Positions 57,201 to 57,913 of a stretch of DNA of 57,913 bases are shown here, piece by piece (the first letter of the stretch is position 1; each line of letters begins with the position of its first letter). Under the pieces are notes generated by a model. That model made no database searches, was not told the DNA's origin, and saw nothing but the letters and a program-made list of their open reading frames with translations. Made by a program: the position numbers and the translations under genes. This DNA comes from Pontiella sp. GTDB taxonomy: Bacteria > Verrucomicrobiota > Kiritimatiellia > Kiritimatiellales > Pontiellaceae. The stretch covers positions 1 to 57,913 of the forward strand of contig JBGSLE010000554.1 of NCBI GenBank assembly GCA_041740875.1, given 5' to 3'.

Positions 57201-57913
57201 GGTGCATGGCGCCAGCGCCCAGGTGTTTTACAAAATGCGCGTATCGTTGGATCCATTGCTTCCGGACGGCATGGTTCTCATTGTCGCCGACACCAACGGC
57301 GGCAACGACCCCGATTTCGGCGCCTATTCGCTGGCGGTGCCGGAGGCCTTTTTCATGGACGCCACCGAAATCGCCTGGGAAACGTGGGTGGAGGTGCGGG
57401 ACTGGGCGGTGACCAACGGCTACGCCTTCGCGAATGCGGGCCAGGCCAAGGCACCCGGTCATCCGGTGCATAGCATCAACTGGTTCGACTGCGCCAAGTG
57501 GTGCAACGCCCGCAGCGAGATGGAGGGCCGGACGCCCTGCTACACCGTGGGCGGCGCAACCTACCGCACGGGCGATTACGAGGCCTTCACCGACCATGGA
57601 GCCAACGGCTACCGTCTGCCAACGCGGGTTGAATGGGAATACGCCGCGCGCGGCGGGTTGTCCGGTAAGCGCTTCCCGTGGGGCGACACCATCACCCACT
57701 CCAACGCGAACTATCTCGCATCCCATGTTTTCCCGTATGATGAAAATCCGGTCGAGGGCTATCATCCAGCCTACAGCAACGGAGCGGAGCCCTATTCGGC
57801 ACCGTGCGGCAGCTTCCCGGCCAACGGCTACGGCCTGCACGACATGGCCGGAAACATGTGGGAGTGGTGCGACGATGTGACGGGCGTTGGCCGCCGCGCG
57901 CGCACTAGCGGGG
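54202..57913 (+). CDS. Large secreted protein, 3'-truncated by the window edge and not in the ORF track: two Pmp/pectin-lyase-like beta-helix regions, PKD domain, choice-of-anchor-Q-like segment, DxDxN/FYK module and FGE-sulfatase (SUMF1-like) domain
   Basis: Manual translation from ATG 54202 (MKRSAMVSLVLCG...) stays in frame to the end: WATAATNIQAAVD, GGG...NC.I.GN repeats, WDFADG...HTWNIPGSYAV (PKD), DYRLQSSSPCINWG...DMGCYEY, GYRLPTRVEWEYAARGG...FPWG...NGYGLHDMAGNMWEW. Confidence 0.9.
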   Translation, partial: MKRSAMVSLVLCGMPYLAGAAYHVATNGAHVPPFSSWATAATNIQAAVDAAVVGTTVLVADGHYLLTSEIKVDKSITIQSVNGPASTIVNGKRRVRCFNVGNAGWACVISGLTITNGYTTSYGGGVYCTGTNPVFTNCVIAGNTSYYGGGMYNGTANNCIISGNTAYYYGGGMNGGTANNSAISGNASYYGGGMYNGMAYYSAIHGNKAWYGGGMLNVIAENCTISGNTADKDGGGIHSGMAYMCIISGNTAVNDGGGMYGGTADNCIISGNTADNVGGGMYGGTANNCTFSGNTANEGGGMYGGTTKNCTISGNTAKNAGGGMSGGAANNCIVWYNEASTGNDLRSTTARYTCSPDATHGINGCITNAPQLVSGSHIAANSPCRGAGSMAYAIWTDIDGEAWLNPPSMGCDEYHGSVTGLLDVAIQSGGHVVVGNPARLFAAINGATTGHIWDFADGTTATNVVYPKHTWNIPGSYAVVLIAYNDSWPDGVSATQTVFVTPSIEAVSVYVSKDGNDVNDGASWATAKATLQAGIDAQHYVGGLVLVGDGTYALSSEIIVNKAITIQSVNGPNVTIVDGKRSTRCFNLGWYSCTLSGFTIQNGYVEYYGGGVYCKDRSPVVTNCVLRRNEAWSAGGGMYYGTARNVIVESNGAWSGGEARGGGLCFSYVENSIISRNATSARSDFQVVSYGGGLYRCTVYNCLIADNASLAECKSTDGVVTDARACGGGTYECTVYNSLIKGNRTSAYNANLRGTVAYSASAYGGGDYGSILHNCTIAGGNSVSASSALGSNYEGGPGVAYGSLYNSIVTDKAYNFSARNTCYISLAHDVNGNTTNAPMFVDAAHGDYRLQSSSPCINWGNNAYVSVGFDLDGNPRMVEGQVDMGCYEYQGLLGPHADNNGNVLPDAWERLHFGRAIDPNLICANGLNPVMEAYIAGIDPNDPNSFFAVSLPVETQSGNTVQWPSTEGRYYSVYWSTNLMQGFSPMKCDLPYPVNSVTDLVHGASAQVFYKMRVSLDPLLPDGMVLIVADTNGGNDPDFGAYSLAVPEAFFMDATEIAWETWVEVRDWAVTNGYAFANAGQAKAPGHPVHSINWFDCAKWCNARSEMEGRTPCYTVGGATYRTGDYEAFTDHGANGYRLPTRVEWEYAARGGLSGKRFPWGDTITHSNANYLASHVFPYDENPVEGYHPAYSNGAEPYSAPCGSFPANGYGLHDMAGNMWEWCDDVTGVGRRARTSG
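54643..55200 (+). repeat. Coding tandem repeat, nine 63/66-bp units (GGGMYxGTAxNCxISGNTAxx)
   Basis: Recurrent GGCGGnGGnATG...AACTGCAnCATCAGCGGnAACAC units, all in frame within the 54202 CDS. Confidence 0.88.

Noticed and set aside
57260-57913. FGE-like domain as the maturation enzyme for the 11 sulfatases
   Set aside because: It is fused to a large adhesin-like exported protein and the catalytic region is not visible. No dedicated FGE or anSME gene is in the window.

Overview
About 58 kb of a GC-rich bacterial genome. The gene content (PEP-CTERM proteins, many sulfatases, no SusC/SusD) suggests a PVC-superphylum polysaccharide degrader, Kiritimatiellota/Verrucomicrobiota-like; this is inference. 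Most of the window is one large locus for sulfated-polysaccharide utilization. It encodes 11 formylglycine-type sulfatases, three GH43s, GH3-PA14, GH10, GH5, GH18, a sugar porter, GalM, a FucI-like isomerase, a PfkB kinase and an AraC/RhaR-like regulator. Reading the sequence shows four less obvious things. (1) A 36-bp motif (two direct half-sites 21 bp apart, overlapping the -35 region) precedes six transcription units and defines a probable AraC regulon. (2) A set of secreted modular proteins reuses two uncharacterised passenger domains. (3) Two adjacent paralogues carry the same passenger but alternative C-termini: PEP-CTERM, or a DxDxDGxxNxxE...F/YxR module that also ends two sulfatases. 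This suggests a second sorting or docking signal and a Sus-independent surface glycan-capture system. (4) Several REP/REPIN families occupy the intergenic gaps. Two long CDSs are missing from the ORF track because they run off the window: an NHL-repeat protein (<1..913, -) and a Pmp-like beta-helix/PKD/FGE-sulfatase-domain protein (54202..>57913, +). No rRNA, tRNA, CRISPR array or transposase was seen.
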